Shown here piece by piece: positions 24,601 to 38,481 of a DNA stretch of 64,000 nt (its first letter is position 1; each line of letters starts with the position of its first letter). The notes under the pieces are model-generated. The model did not search any database, was not told where the DNA came from, and saw only the letters and a list, made by a program, of their open reading frames with translations. The stretch is from Ylistrum balloti (lineage: Eukaryota): NCBI RefSeq assembly GCF_031769215.1, contig NW_026782107.1, positions 496,001 to 560,000 of the forward strand, read 5' to 3'. The translations under genes were made by a program, and so were the position numbers.

Positions 24601-24647
24601 GAACCGTCAACCGGTTTCGCCCTCTCCGGGCTATATCAGGACGACAA
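24601..24647 (-). ncRNA. Hammerhead-ribozyme-like motif (variant core, truncated at the cleavage site)
   Basis: Minus strand: TTGTCGTC-CTGATATA-GCCC-GGAGA-GGGC-GAAA-CCG-GTTGA-CGG-TTC. Stems II and III are perfect, the core deviates from CUGAUGA, and the 3' half of stem I is absent. Confidence 0.5.
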
Positions 24648-25764
24648 ATTAACAAACATTTTGTACCAGTTATAAAACGTTGTCCGTCTTATAAACATAC
24701 CTAACTAGGTTAAGAAGTGTTCAATATGTGTAATTTAGACAGTTTGACCTTCAGATCATGGTAAGATGTCAAATTAGACACAAAAAAACCGTAACAAAAA
24801 AAGCAAGCTGTAATTTTCATTAAGAATAAATGTGGACTAAAAACATATATTAAAGGGTTTTGGCGCATTTTTTTATAATGCCATATTTCAGTCCAAATTA
24901 TGTCATATTTCAGTGCATGTTCTAAGTAACAATTAAAGTGATTCATTTTAGGACCAGATCAAACTGATTTTTATTTTTCATAATACTTAGCATTTTGAAG
25001 TGGTAGGAAAAGGGATTAGCATTTTGAAGTGGTAGGAAAAGGGATACAACGGACATCATTGTCAAAACAAACTTTTCCTGACAAACGACAGCGAAACTGA
25101 GGATTTATCATGTTTCATCTTCGTGTAACTGGTACATACAGTACTACAGATTTTGTATCTTTATGAACCTGTTATGATTGCAAAGTACACATAGCAGAAC
25201 ATGTTCAGGGTCCATTATTTGGACATGTACAACAGCTTGTTTCACTTTCGTCTGTCTAAAAGCAGGTATTGGGACATATTTGTGGAGCACCATATTGGGA
25301 GTATGGCTATTTACATTATGATGTAACAGAATTAAACAAGAATTAAAATCATGGCCAAACCCATTAATAGTGCCCAAAATAGATCCTTGTTGATCATGAC
25401 TGTCATTTCAAGTTTAAAGGTTAAATGAGTGTTTTTTTGGTTCTTGTGCAATAATTCTAAAGCATACCCTAGGATTTTTTAATGAAACTTACATGCAAAT
25501 CAAAAACACAATTTGTGCCATAATCATATGCATAATAAAGGTAGAAAGGATTTTTTGTTGATGAGAAATGGCAAAAAAGGTAACTTTTTTAGCACAGCAA
25601 CTCTGAGGCCATATACTTTTGTTACAATTGCTTAGACTTGTCAATATAAATATGTATGGTAGTGCTGTAGTTAATGTTTCTAAATCCACTCAACATTACA
25701 TACAATTCTTAGATTTTGATATTTCCTAAAATAACATGGATATTGTTAATCTTATATGGGATTG

Positions 25765-26440
25765 AATGCAGAGGAATCCCACATGCAGATGCGGGTGCCC
25801 TATAGTAATAAACTTGTCTGCCTGTCTTTTCATTTTTTGGTTTCTGTACAGTATCTGAAATGCTGTTAGGCTAATGGCCCTCATACTTCATGCCAAGCCT
25901 CCTTGATGGAAGTGCTTGCTTAGAGTATGTAAGTTTTCATCTCCCAAGATTAGGCCACATGCACTCAGTCTTTATCCAATGTTACCTCAAAGGAAGTGGT
26001 GGTTTGATCTAGATTTACATGTCTGGAGGTCAAAAGTCAAGGTCACTTGCTAGAAATAGAAAATAATTAAATTTCAACCAGTGTTTATTTTTTTGTTTCC
26101 GTGCGATAAATTGAGTTTCCTTTGGCCAATCCAGCTAAAACTGCATATAGTGCTTCCTTTTTGAAAGTGCATGCATGGGATTGCTTTTCAGGTCACTGTT
26201 ACTATAAATAGAAAGATCAGGTTCCCTTTGATACCTCAAATTTGCTTTGGCCAATCACAGTCAAACATCATACAGTGCTTCTGGATTGTGTTTCTGCTTC
26301 TAAGGTTAAAAATCAAGGTAACTTATACTATAATTAGAAAAATAAGTGTCCCGACGATAATCATACTTTTTACCCTCCGAGGTGTGTGTGTCTATGGGTA
26401 AACTGGTGGAGGAGGGATTTTCTGCGACATAGTAGGGCCC
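25765..26440. mobile_element. HINE/DINE-like non-autonomous element (degenerate)
   Basis: Terminal hairpin-like ...ATGCAGATGCGGGTGCCCTATAGTAAT, a GTCY microsatellite, and internal ~125-bp repeats (CTTTGGCCAATC at ~26120 and ~26245). Confidence 0.4.
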
Positions 26441-27039
26441 ATGCTGACCTGTCAGCGTTCTAGTTTAAGGTCAAAAGGCCTGATAAAAATGAATTGTTGT
26501 CATCACCACAGTATCTATTGATATCTAAATGTTTAAATAGTTAAGTAAACCTGTAACTAAAACAGTTCTTGTCCTATAATACTTCAGTGTTTTTATTTAA
26601 TAGGTTGGTCTTTTCTCTTTTGACTATAAATAACAAATTCAATATGCACACACTTAGATGTTGATATTACAGTGAAATCAATTTTAAATTTATTTATTAT
26701 TTGTGATGAGTTGTATTTCACATAATTTGATTTTATAAGCAACATTTTCGAGCAACACACTTTTAGAGAAACCATGATTAAGAGTTTCGCTCTTGTCTGA
26801 CAATATGTACAAACTGTAATTTTATCAAACTACCATCATCAGAAACTTCATGAAATTTCTCACCATACTGAAATATTAAAGAAAACACCTTTTTGATTGA
26901 AGAAAAGTCTATTATTTTATTAAATTATAATAAAGGAGTGGGCTTATTGAGAGAATTTTTACTGAACTGCAATAGAATATTACCAAGCATTGACTTACTG
27001 CAGAATGTATAATTTACTCTGCCAGGGAATGTTGTTTTT

Positions 27040-27085
27040 GCTTGGTGTATTTATTGCTCTATAAACAGCCAGGGTCATTTTGAGG
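27040..27085 (-). mobile_element. SINE/LINE-type 3' tail fragment
   Basis: ACAGCCAGGGTCATTTTG is shared with 51435-51490, with a related sequence at ~61105-61155. On the minus strand it reads AATGACCCTGGCTGT followed by a simple-repeat tail. Confidence 0.45.
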
Positions 27086-29089
27086 GGAGATCTCATTGCA
27101 GAAGCTGGTGGCTGCCTTACTGAATGTACAGCAGACAAATTGTCCAATGACACAAAAACATCAGCGTAGATCAATCTGTTTCTCAACTTCCTGAGAAACA
27201 CCAAGGATTGGCAATGTCTAACCGAGATTATGTTGATAAAAGGCAAGGTATAAGAAGGAGCCTCATCTACAAGGCAAGCTATCATCCGGGCACTTTTTAT
27301 TTGTGTGTTATGTCACTGGCATGGTAAACTGAATAGCAATGGAGGTCATGTGACTAGGTTAATGAAAAATATTATGATGTGTAGTAGGGAGAAACATGTT
27401 GGTCATTTTTTGAAAACCTGGCACCAGGAGTTGCATCTCTTTCTTCTACCTCAATTTTTATCAAATTTTAAGATCTCCTGTATACCATATTTATCCTCTT
27501 GGTGTATACTGATTGGACCTTGGCTTGCCATGTTTTTCCCAGTTTTATTTATGTAAGTTTATGTAGGCCATCACTCTGAAGGACTGCAATATCAGGGCCC
27601 CTGGGAGGAAGAAGTAACAACAACATTTGATAATAAATAAGTATACGTTTTACTTCAAATGAAGAATATTGTGAACATGATTTTTACAAAAATTAGTTAA
27701 AGCTACCAATGAGGTATCTACAACATTGACACACACTCAAGACATTACACAGGCAACTATTTCACTATAATAAATAACAATCGGGAAATGTTACCCAGCG
27801 ACAACACATTCTTAAATTCCTTTGTGGAAAAAAAGGAAGATTTATTTCATGGTTTTGAATTTCTGTGTAAAATGTAAGAAGTTCAATACTGCCTGGACCA
27901 ACACATTTAATAAATAGAATTCATGTTTTATATTCACATGTAAAGTAAACCTTCTATTGCATTGTGTATATAGACTTTGTAGAACAGGGATCAATATTTA
28001 CATACAGAAGTTAGAGGTTGTCAACTACAACTGACATATTAAAATTCAACAGATACATGTAAAAAATTGTATAAGAATTATCAATACTATAGATAACAAT
28101 GCTAAAACATTACATCACAAAGAATTATAATTTTTATCAGTCTCCTGTTTATCAGATGCAGAGCAAGAATTAATGAAAGATATGATAATATTAAGTAGAT
28201 TATCATGTTTTCCCCAGGGTTTATGATCACTTTTACTTTTAGCACCCATTAAATATTTCATGGCAACATTGAAGGTTTCATACACAGCACCCGATGCTGA
28301 AGGCTAGCTGATCCTTAACGTATATCATCAAATCTGGAAGAGGTACAACTCTGTGTTATATTAGCTTTAAAGGCAGGTATTGCTCATTTGAATTTTTCAA
28401 AGGAGTGTATCAGTCAGTGATTGGTCAGTTTTTTTCCCCTGAAACCCACTCTAGACCAATCAAATTACTGTGTTTGTGCCTTCAATTTTGTTATGAAATG
28501 TTTCAGGGGTGCAGTGAGTGTTAACCCTGCATTATCAAGGATGCATACCTTGTAATTTCACCAGAAAAATCTAGTACATGCATTCAATGTTTGTATTGTG
28601 TACACTTTCATATACTGAATCATTTAAAAACTAATTAAACATTTTCATTAAAAAAATCCTTCCTGAAAAAATAAGCACATTACCGTAGTAGTGAATATTT
28701 TGATCAATTTCACATATTAAACTTTATAAAGTAATGATTGTTTGATTTCATTCCTGTTTAATGTATAAATCTATACATAAAATTGTTAATTTAATCACTT
28801 TCTAAATGTATTTATATCATAGTAAAACCCTAATTAATCAAAGAAAAGAAGACATGGTAATAAATCCTGTTATTTTTTTCATAATGCTGGTCTGTGCAAT
28901 TCAGTTTCGCAAATTCTTATGAAAGAAACATCTTTGTGACAATTTATCACTGCAAATAAATCAGGGATGATAAATGATTTTAAAGTATGACAGTCTGTTT
29001 CATTCAATGTCATCATCTAAAATGAAAGTAGATGAATGAAGAAGAATCTATCTGTACACATAAAATAAATTAATTTACTGAACAGCTAA

Positions 29090-29520
29090 ATGGAGACATC
29101 AGGTTCATGTAGACAGATAAAGGGGCACAATACTACATAAATTCACTCAATGGATAGATGAAGGGTGCCAGGAGAAAGTATTCACTTGGCTAATGAAGGG
29201 AGAAAACTCCACAAATATTTATTCATGCATGAATGAAGACATAGACAATAGTCACTTTCTAGACTGATAAAGGGAAACAAATGTACACACATTCATTTCA
29301 TGGATGAAGGAAGCCAACAGAAATTAGTCATCTTCTTGACTAAAGATTGGAAACAACTTTACATAAATTCATTCCATGGAGGAAAAAATCAATAGAAAGT
29401 ATAGAAACCTTCCTTTAGTCTAATGAAGGGAGACAACTCTATAAGAATTCATCTTGTGAGTAGATAAAGGAAGATTCTGAGAGACTTATCATAAAGGGAG
29501 ACAATTCTATACAACTGCAA
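29090..29520. repeat. Highly degenerate ~60-65 bp minisatellite between MEAK7 and GAN
   Basis: Recurrent (GA)TAAAGGG/TGAAGGGAGA(C/A)AA..CT..A..AATT(C)ATT motifs. Confidence 0.55.
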
Positions 29521-31558
29521 TCCACCGTGCCAAAACAGGGACATGGTTCTATATAATCATCTGGTAGACAGGTCAAACAAGACCATAAGACTATCATCTG
29601 TCTATTATATAGAGACTACTATATACAAAATAGTCATTCAAGAAGCAAACAATGGAAAACAGTTCTGTACCATAGTGAAGTAACAGATGATGGAAGATAA
29701 TGTACACAAATTGTGAGCAAATGAAACAGCTGGACTGGCTGTACATGCTAGAAAAACTCCAGGTATTGATCGCAATCATGTCTAGGTCTGCAGAATATGC
29801 AGCATGTGCAGTTTGAGAGGGTTAACTATATCTATTTCAAATTAACTCTCTGACCATCGCTGAACTTCAGAATTTAAAGACTTTGATGTTTTGACCTGAA
29901 GTAAGGCATAATTCAATATAAGATGAACTCAAACATGTGTTGGAGATTTGTCCTTCGTATGCTTTGTCATCTATAACTGTACTTAAGTGTTAAAAACAGA
30001 TGATATGTTGAAAAAATTCGCTTGCAGACTCCTTTTTTGATGGCATAATTCAAGGCATGATATGGTTAACAGTGTCGACATTTTCAAAGTTTTTTGGTTT
30101 CTATACATTTCGACTGGTTTCTTGTTCTTGTAAAAGCTAGCTATTTTGGTTGCAAACTTCCAAAAAATAAAGCGCAAAGACCTCTCCTTTTTCAAACATG
30201 AAAAATATCATCAAAAAATCTCTCTATCAAAACTTATGCATAGTCTTAAAAAAGTTTAGTACTCATTTAAAAAAAATGTATGTCATTTTGGATCATTTTC
30301 ATTTTTTGATTTTATGCAGCTTAAAGCTCTTTAAATAAAATGAAAAGTTCGCATTTTCACATACTTTTTTCTGGATATCCAAATATAATTCCTTACTTTG
30401 AAATGAAAGACAAAAATTTAATTTAAGAAAAGGTTGCCAAAAGTGAAGTGAATGTCTCTTGTTACTCAGGGAAAAAAATACGAATAATACATGGAAATGA
30501 ATGATTTCCTGTTACACACATTCTTACACCTTTACTGGAAAAAGTAGTGCAGCAACATACTGGTTTTGTTTTTGCTTTTTATCTACTTTCTGAAATCAAA
30601 CCTTTCATAAAATCATCATTAGAAAAAAAATTTTAACACTGGATTTTAAAAAATTCTCATGAAAGTACATCTTTAAAGGTTTAATGAAATGTACTTAATG
30701 AATAATTTTAGCCTTGGCAAAATTTTAAAAACTGTGTTCTATGATCTCTACATATAATACTGGTAGAGGTTTGATAATCAATAGCAGAATAATTCTAGTT
30801 CACCGGCTCATTTATAACCAGTTTACATGAAATCAGCCTTAGACAGATGACAGAGAAATATAAACAAATTAAGAGAATTGAATGAAAGGCTGCGATTCAT
30901 AACTGATTTTACTAAAATGACATTTTATATCTAAAGATCTACTGTTTATCATCAAGATACCATTTTATTTATTTAGTTGATTAAATGAGAGGATTTCTGT
31001 CAGATGACAAATGAGTACAAGTGTCATCGGTCCGTTTCAATGTTATACACAAGACCATGAGAATGCTATAATATCTATCTACATCATGATCATGGGAGTT
31101 AATTTTTAACATTTAATTGTCATCAGACAAATCAACTGTCAATTTACAGGACTAACAAAAGCAATACATAATCATCTACTAGACATACAAAGGGAGATAA
31201 TTATACATACTACATGTACTTCAACTTTAGTTATCAAGAATGACAGGTACATATTGTCATTTATGAGACATACCAAGGTCATCAACAGTCATTTCATAAC
31301 ACATAAAGGGAAACACGTACAACAGACCAAATTAATCACTTTTATAATGTATACAACATATCCTTTTGAGGGGCTCTCCAAGGGAGACAACTACATATAA
31401 TTTAATTAGATTAGAGAAAAATAATTAAATAATACACAGACCTGCCAGATTATGAACAAGGTAGGCAACTTGCCAATTAGAAAGATCCTTGTAGTCACAT
31501 CTAGCCATGTAACTTTTTCTATTGCACATTGATCATTTAATTTTACATTAGACAAACT

Positions 31559-31838
31559 TAAAACAAGTGGCCTAAAGGGCCTATATCCCTCACCTGGTTT
31601 GTTAGCATGACCTATATCACTTACCTGGTTTGTTAGGATGGAATTACTTTATTTGAATTAAAGAAAACAAGTTCTTAAAGATTTATATCTAGTTTGCCTC
31701 CAATATGCCTGCCTCCCGCAGGCCCCAAACTCCTCCGTTTATACAAGATTTTTAGTAGTTCATAAATAGTACCAATTTCAAGAAAAAGTTGACAGACAGA
31801 TGCCAGGCACCATGCATCAGACCAGGTGAGCTAAAAAT
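31559..31838. mobile_element. HINE/DINE-like non-autonomous element
   Basis: Starts AACAAGTGGCCTAAAGGGCC (hairpin)..CTCACCTGG and ends GACAGACAG..CCAGGTGAGCTAAAA. The subterminal inverted repeats are CTCACCTGG/CCAGGTGAG. Confidence 0.6.
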
Positions 31839-32406
31839 TACCAGTTTTTCACATTGTTGATGTTTTGAATTTTTTTTTGTTCTGAGAAGTGTTAGTTCAC
31901 ATTGGCTCTAAAGTTAAAATATCGTGATTGACTCATTAGATAGCTCATAATTCAAAATCTTTTATCTCTAAACACGTTACCTTGATAAATAGGCTTGATG
32001 TTTAACCTAGACTTTGTTCTATATACTTTACCTTGATATACATACCTGCAATCTCAAACACATACCCTTATCAGCTGATATGTTCTGATGCCCATAAATA
32101 ATAATGTCTTTACATAATGAATGAATTTTACCATCCGCATCAAAATAGAACTATTTCCGTTTTGGATCATAAAATCATAGTAAGCAGTGTTTATCAGGAG
32201 CAATTTGAATGTTAAGGAGTTATTATGAATTAAACAAATTCTAACTCATTAAGCCTTGGCATTCATATTACATTTGTTTCTTTTTTGTTCTTGACTTTCT
32301 TGGATTCAAATTCTGAACATGATATGAAGTACACACTGACACATCTCTACCTACTCTGATGTTAACCCTAGGTTAGACAAAGTGAGGCGACACTGTGTCA
32401 TTCATG

Positions 32407-35400
32407 TTACATGATATCTGTGAACGTAAGCTTGCCCTGATCCCACTGTAGGTTGCGAAGTCGATGGAGGGGCATCCTGAACATTGTTGACGAGTGTCCA
32501 CGCTGCATGGCTGGAGGGTTCTGTACTACACAACGCCAGCTGTTTGTATGAAAATTAAACCCTCGCACACAATGGTATGTTCCACCCACATCTAATGCCC
32601 CTACTACCAATACTTCATCTCCATCATACACTGCCCCATAGATCTGTGATGCGTCTGACATTGTACAAAGACCAACGCCACGGGTATGAGCATGAGCCCA
32701 GTAGTCATTGCGTGTTGAGTAGATCTCAGTCCCACAGAACTTTACACTGTGCCCACCATGCATAGCACTTGGGCACTCAATACGTCTAAATCCACCAAAC
32801 ACATAAATATCATTGTCAACAGCGACTGCTCGGGCGTCACACCGGCGTTCTCTCATTGGAGAGACTGAGGTCCACGTCTCTGTTCGCGTGTCATAACATT
32901 CAACTGCCTCAAAAAGTTTCCCTATTGCACCTCCTGCTATCACATAAATCTTCTTGTCCACAGCTGCAAACGAGGACCAGACTCGCTTAAGGTTCATCTC
33001 CGGGATAGGACGCCATTTGTTGGTGAGTACGTTGTAAACCTCACCTGAGGTAAGTGGATCTGTCATATCATTGCTGCCTCCCAGTGAGTAAATGTGGTCG
33101 TCAATGGCAACCAGACCAAATCCAACTCTGGCATGCTCCATTGGAGCGATTGGAGACCATTTATTCTGGTGAGGATCATATTTTTCGCCAGTGTTGAGAA
33201 TTTGACATTTGTTATTACGTCCTCCCACAGCATACAGGTAACCACCTGTAACAAATCACAAATAATCCTGATAAGGTCATCTTACATGGGAGACTACAGG
33301 TGAGTCTAGATTATCACTTTGATAATTATTTGACAACTGTGTTAGACAGCTACTGGAGAACAAGTTTTGAAAGTTCCTTTAGAGACAAGTATATCTAGGC
33401 TACTGAGACTATGTATAGTATTTGTATGCAGAAACAAAGACTCTGGAAACTATTATCTTGGTAATGAAGGTTCTATCAGAAACAGCAGAATCTGGTACTG
33501 AGGCTGAAGAAACTACTGTAACAACACATTTAATCTAGACTCCAGAAACCACTAGAGACCTATGTTTATGTAAACTCTGAAATTTAATACAGCAGTCTTT
33601 GCAATTATTATTCATCCACAACACTACTTGTTACTAGAACTTTATACCTAAGATACCAAGTGAAGTCTCAGGGTAACTACTGAACAACCTAGTTTACCAA
33701 GTGAAGGCTCAAGGTAACTACTGAACAACCTGGTTTACCAAGTGAATACTCAGTCTAACTATTGAACAACCTAGTTTACCAAGTGAATACTCAAGCTATA
33801 CATAACTACTGGACAACCTGATATAACATGACTAGTGATTAAAGAATTTTCCCAATAAATACTTCCAGACATTGGAAGCACTTTGAAAGTAAGCATCAAT
33901 CTTACAGTTGGTCTGATTGGAATATTGGGTGGGGTGGGATATGGAAGTGGTCTGTTTCAAACCCATATCAACAATACTATGTTTCAGCTAACAAAAATCT
34001 TTCCTTGTCTCAGATGAATATTTACTTTAATCGAAATATTCATTTCATGTGTGAATCTGAGATCCATTCGTTATAAAATTATCTTAAAGTGAAGTTGCTT
34101 ACAATGATACTATATGCTTGACAGAGACCCACAATGAATAGGAACCTTATTATTTCCTGGATACTATCTACTTCATCAGTGGCTGTTCTGACGGGGTAGT
34201 GGACACTGGTCGGCCCTACTTACCTACTTCTACAATACCATGTCCTATCCTATCAGTGGTCATATTGGCTAGGTCCACCCACTGACCATTAGTGTTGTTT
34301 TCACGTTTACTGGGCACAATGCAACGCACGCAGGCTTTAATCTCTAGTTCATTACTCTTTCTGTACAAAATAAAAACATTTCAACATTCATTTGCTGTTA
34401 GAGTATTGATACTCACACAATAAGTATTTATAAATGAAATTTATTACCTGTATGTGTTCCAAACTGACCTAGCTCATTAGTTGATCTCATAACTCATCTT
34501 GAAATATCCTTTCTCAGTTATGTGTCAGGGAGGCAAATAAATATGACATCTTTTGAATCACTGTGTTGACTTTGTGCCAAATGCCACATCAAGAGACCAG
34601 ACAGATAGAATGAAATAGAAAAAAAAAAAATAAATAAAAAATTACTGAATGGTGTAGATTTCCCAGTTTCATGTTCATAAGAAAATATTCTCTCCACACA
34701 AAACAAGAATCTTGACACAGAACTTACGCATGAGGTTGTCCTTCACCACCACATACTAGCAAAACATTCGCAAAACCACGGCATTTCTGGTTTGGCTTCA
34801 GTATACGAACATCTTCCACAATTTTCCTAAGAATATTCGGATCGTACCCAGTATCCATCCTAGTCAGTTTCTGTAGGAACGTATCAGACATCTGATCTGC
34901 ACGCAGACATGACAACATTAAATCTTCTAAACACACTTTCCGAGTGGCCTCATCAAACTTGACCCATCTGATTATACTACCGAAGACTTCCTCTTCAGAC
35001 TTGATAGACAGAGTGTCGTGGGACAGCACCTCCGTTAGAGCATCTGGAGACAGTCTGAGGAACTCCTCGCAGTGACTGATATCTCTGTTTACACATGATC
35101 AGATATTTATAATAAGCCACTGCGAGATCAGAAATTATTTTACAAATAAAAGTTGTTACAGAAGTAACATTTTTATTTTGTACACAGACGGCAATTGTGC
35201 TATACACATAAAATCAAAATACTACAAGTTTCATCATTATGAGATTCTATATTTAGAAACAAAACAGACAGTCAAATCTCAGTTTTTGCTTCTTGTTGCA
35301 CTTACTTCAATTTTTTAAGGGCAAAATTACAATGAGCCATAGACTTACCTAAAATGTTCATCCAGAAACATAGAAGCCTTTAGATGTATCCACGGACAGG

Positions 35401-37507
35401 AGAACCTGGAGGAGAACTCTCGGATACCCAAACAGTTCTGAGCAGTGATACACTGCTCAAGATAGTCACAACACAATTCTTTGAGATCAACCAGTAACAA
35501 AAGATCAGCAGCCTGAAGAATGTCCTGTATATTTTCATCACTGATTTTGATTTCTGATGTGTAGATGTAGTCTAGAATGATTTTGAATGTTTCAAAACTG
35601 ATTCCCAGGGACGTTATATTAACTGTTGCCTGTTTGTTCTGAGTTACAGGGTTTGCAGGATCTGTCTCATAGTTAAACACCAACCTGCAAGTATTTGTAA
35701 AAAAACAAAAACAAAAAATGTAAGAAATACTTGAAATATATTAAGAAAATGCTAAAGTAAGTTAAATTTATAATGTTATTATGAGTCAAATTATCTAGAA
35801 AGTTTGCAGGTTTTCAAAAATGCGTGGCAGTTTTAAACAAGAAGCCCACAGGCGTTAACAGTCATCTGACTTTAGAGGCCCACTAAGAATAGTAGTACAT
35901 TTGTAGTAGTATTAGTGATCAAAACAGTTCAGATTCAAAAGATCTTAAGAGTTAATGCAAACAAAAGGCCCAATGGGCCTGAATTGAACCTGTACTACAG
36001 CTTACACAAAAAGACTTTATTGGTTCATGAAGTCAATTCATGCCAATCTGAAATCCTATTCCTCAAGCATGCTACTACACAATTAGCATGACCTAAGAGC
36101 TATTGCTTGTTGAATGAAGAAATTTGTGTTTACAACAAAATTGACCCCTTTGATCTTGAAAATAGATCAAGGTAATTCATTTGAACAACCCTGGCAACCA
36201 TTAATCTCAGCATGATACAGGTTCAATATAAGCACTCTGTGTGTTTTGATTATTGTGTTTTAAAAAGTTGTATAAAAATTTTAACACGTTTTACTCTTGT
36301 ATCTAACAAAAATTGTTGAGCATCTTCGGAACTTCCTCACTGGACTTATTTCCATGACGATTTAGAGTAAACCTAGCTTTTAGTCTTTTCTTATACTTCA
36401 TTAATGATATCATCAAGGGTATTACATTTTCTATCAGATTCTTTGCAGATGATACCATCATGTAATTTAACTGTGGCATCACAGACAGACATCCACTCCC
36501 TGAAAAAAATATCTTGATCAGCTAGCCCTCCAGGAGGTGAAAAGTTAAATGACTTTCCATTATTGGATATGCCAAGTCCTTCCTGTCACTAGGAACAGAT
36601 AACTCATCTGCCATCTCTATATTTTCCATGACCACAAGTTGGAACATGTAACAAAAGACCAAATATCTTGAGGTTGCAATCACCTATGACTTACGTAAAT
36701 AACATCATCAAAAAGCCAATGCCATCCTCGTTCAACCACTTCCTGACGCACAATCTGAAAGTTTTATCCATAAGGCTAGAATCCTTTCCTTGCAATTAGA
36801 CAACCAAAGATAATGAAATTACCTCTTCTGACTTTTTACTTTCATTCAAATCAATGGCATTAAATCATATCACCCTAAAGCTCCTATCATCCCACTACAC
36901 CCACACATGACATAAACTTCAATATGTGTAAGCAAACCATAACCAGTATAGATGAAATATAAGTAGCTAAACAACCCTAAGAACATTTCTATTTTGCTGA
37001 TCTAATTTTCAACTATTGATTCCACATTGTGTAAGCATACTCAATAGCTGCCCTGACATAATACTTGTTTGCTTGTTCTTTCATGATTTTGAAAACATTT
37101 TAGGAGACTGGGTGTAATTTGCCCAAGGTAGTGCAGTGGTAGTACAGACAACATTCCCATCGGTAGTCAGAAGGCAGACTAGTCCTTCTCTTGAACTAAG
37201 ATTCGTATATAACTACAATCTAACATATATCTGGAAAAAAATTATAACTCATGTAATCATTATTTAAATGTAATGTCGTTTTCACAGCAGAATTCATAGA
37301 TCTACATGGAAATAAGAACTACCTGAAGTAATGGCTAGCTGCTGCCAGGACGTTCTTCTGGACACATATGCTGTTATCCCTTATGACAACTGTTCCGTCA
37401 CAAAAAGGCTGAAGCTTTCTGTTTTCGTTCAGAGCATTCAGTATCTTTTTGGCATGTCTCTCACTGGAAAACTTCCTCTGCCGTTCGTCTTCCATGGAGG
37501 CAGCCAT
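32407..37507 (-). CDS. GAN: Gigaxonin (BTB-BACK-Kelch, KLHL16 orthologue), 5 exons, 617 aa
   Basis: Exons (minus): 37507-37323, 35684-35349, 35084-34728, 34360-34224, 33245-32407. Total 1854 nt, GT-AG, phases consistent. Gigaxonin-like motifs: VQKNVLAAAS, IQDILQAADLLLLVDLKELCC, GKLFEAVECYD, IYGAV..G..V.V.G.LD.G, C-terminal L.NLQ.DQG. Confidence 0.9.
33653..33830. repeat. 41-bp tandem repeat, ~4 copies, GAN intron 4
   Basis: ACCAAGTGAA...AACTACTGAACAACCTAGTTT at 33661, 33702, 33743 and onward. Confidence 0.85.
36370..36800 (+). mobile_element. Decayed non-LTR reverse transcriptase fragment (CR1/L2-group-like) in GAN intron 1
   Basis: LYFINDIIKGITFSIRFFADDTIM (FADD catalytic motif at ~36442), followed by frameshifted remnants resembling HDHKLEHVTK.KYL.V.IT and IIKKANA. 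Confidence 0.7.
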
Positions 37508-37973
37508 CTTCCCGGAGAAACATAAAGTACGATCCGAAAAAATAAATTTGAAAGTTTCTTCCGGAAAGTATTTCATATTGTCAATTATATTGAATGTTGA
37601 TTTCATAATATAACCACAAACAGGATCAATCATGGTTAATTATTAAGATAATGATATACATTTTTGGTTATTGTTTCAGTACCAAATGCCTACATTTACA
37701 AACTCACTTGTACTGCAACACTGAATTACTTTGAAAACAATAATAAAAAATATGTTGCTAAAATAAGATAATAAAATAAAAGCACAGTCCATATTGCTTA
37801 CATAAAAAAATATATCACACTAAAAACACAAACTTTACAATTTTCTTTCCGATTTATTTCCGGTCTTGCTTGTTTTATTTTGTAGTTGAATTATTCAACT
37901 TCCTCTCAGTTCTTACCGGCTGGGACAGGTTGTTTGCGAAGTGAACTTTGTATCAGAAAAGAAGACATCTGAA
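37508..37973. promoter_or_regulatory. Putative bidirectional promoter and NPEPL1 non-coding first exon (donor at 37974)
   Basis: The GAN ATG is at 37507 (context AAGATGGC, YY1-like). A strong donor GAA|GTGAGT lies at 37974, and an acceptor at 39193 sits 10 nt before the NPEPL1 ATG. ETS-like CCGGAA motifs occur at ~37560 and ~37860. Confidence 0.5.
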
Positions 37974-38481
37974 GTGAGTATAAGAGTAAGACATAATTCA
38001 TGACTGTAAACTGCATTATAACTTCACGTGAAAATATGATAAAGCATCATATTCTGTTACGGTTTGTAATTGTTGTCAGTCCGCTTTCGTTTATCGTTTT
38101 CCAAGCGGTTTGGCTAGTTGCATGATTGACATTTTAGACAAGCTGATCTGGTGTTTGACGTTGCACTTGTCTTTGGTAAACATTCTTCGAAAAATACCAC
38201 TTTTAAGCATGAAAAGTTGTTGAAAACAATAGAAAGAAAACAAGGATGGTTATTGTTTCAGAAAATTACTTTAGTTTGAAAATTTTTTTTTTAAAGGAGT
38301 ATTCCGCTTGGAGGTTCCTCCATTGGACACATTTATATCCGACGAGGGACATTGTCAAACGTCCGATATAGATAAGTCCCAAGGAGGAATCATCATTTGG
38401 GAGAAGGAAGAAAAGAGAGAGAAAGATGTGAAGGGTGTATGATGAAAGTATAAGCCTAATATAAGAGATCGGGAACTAGAA

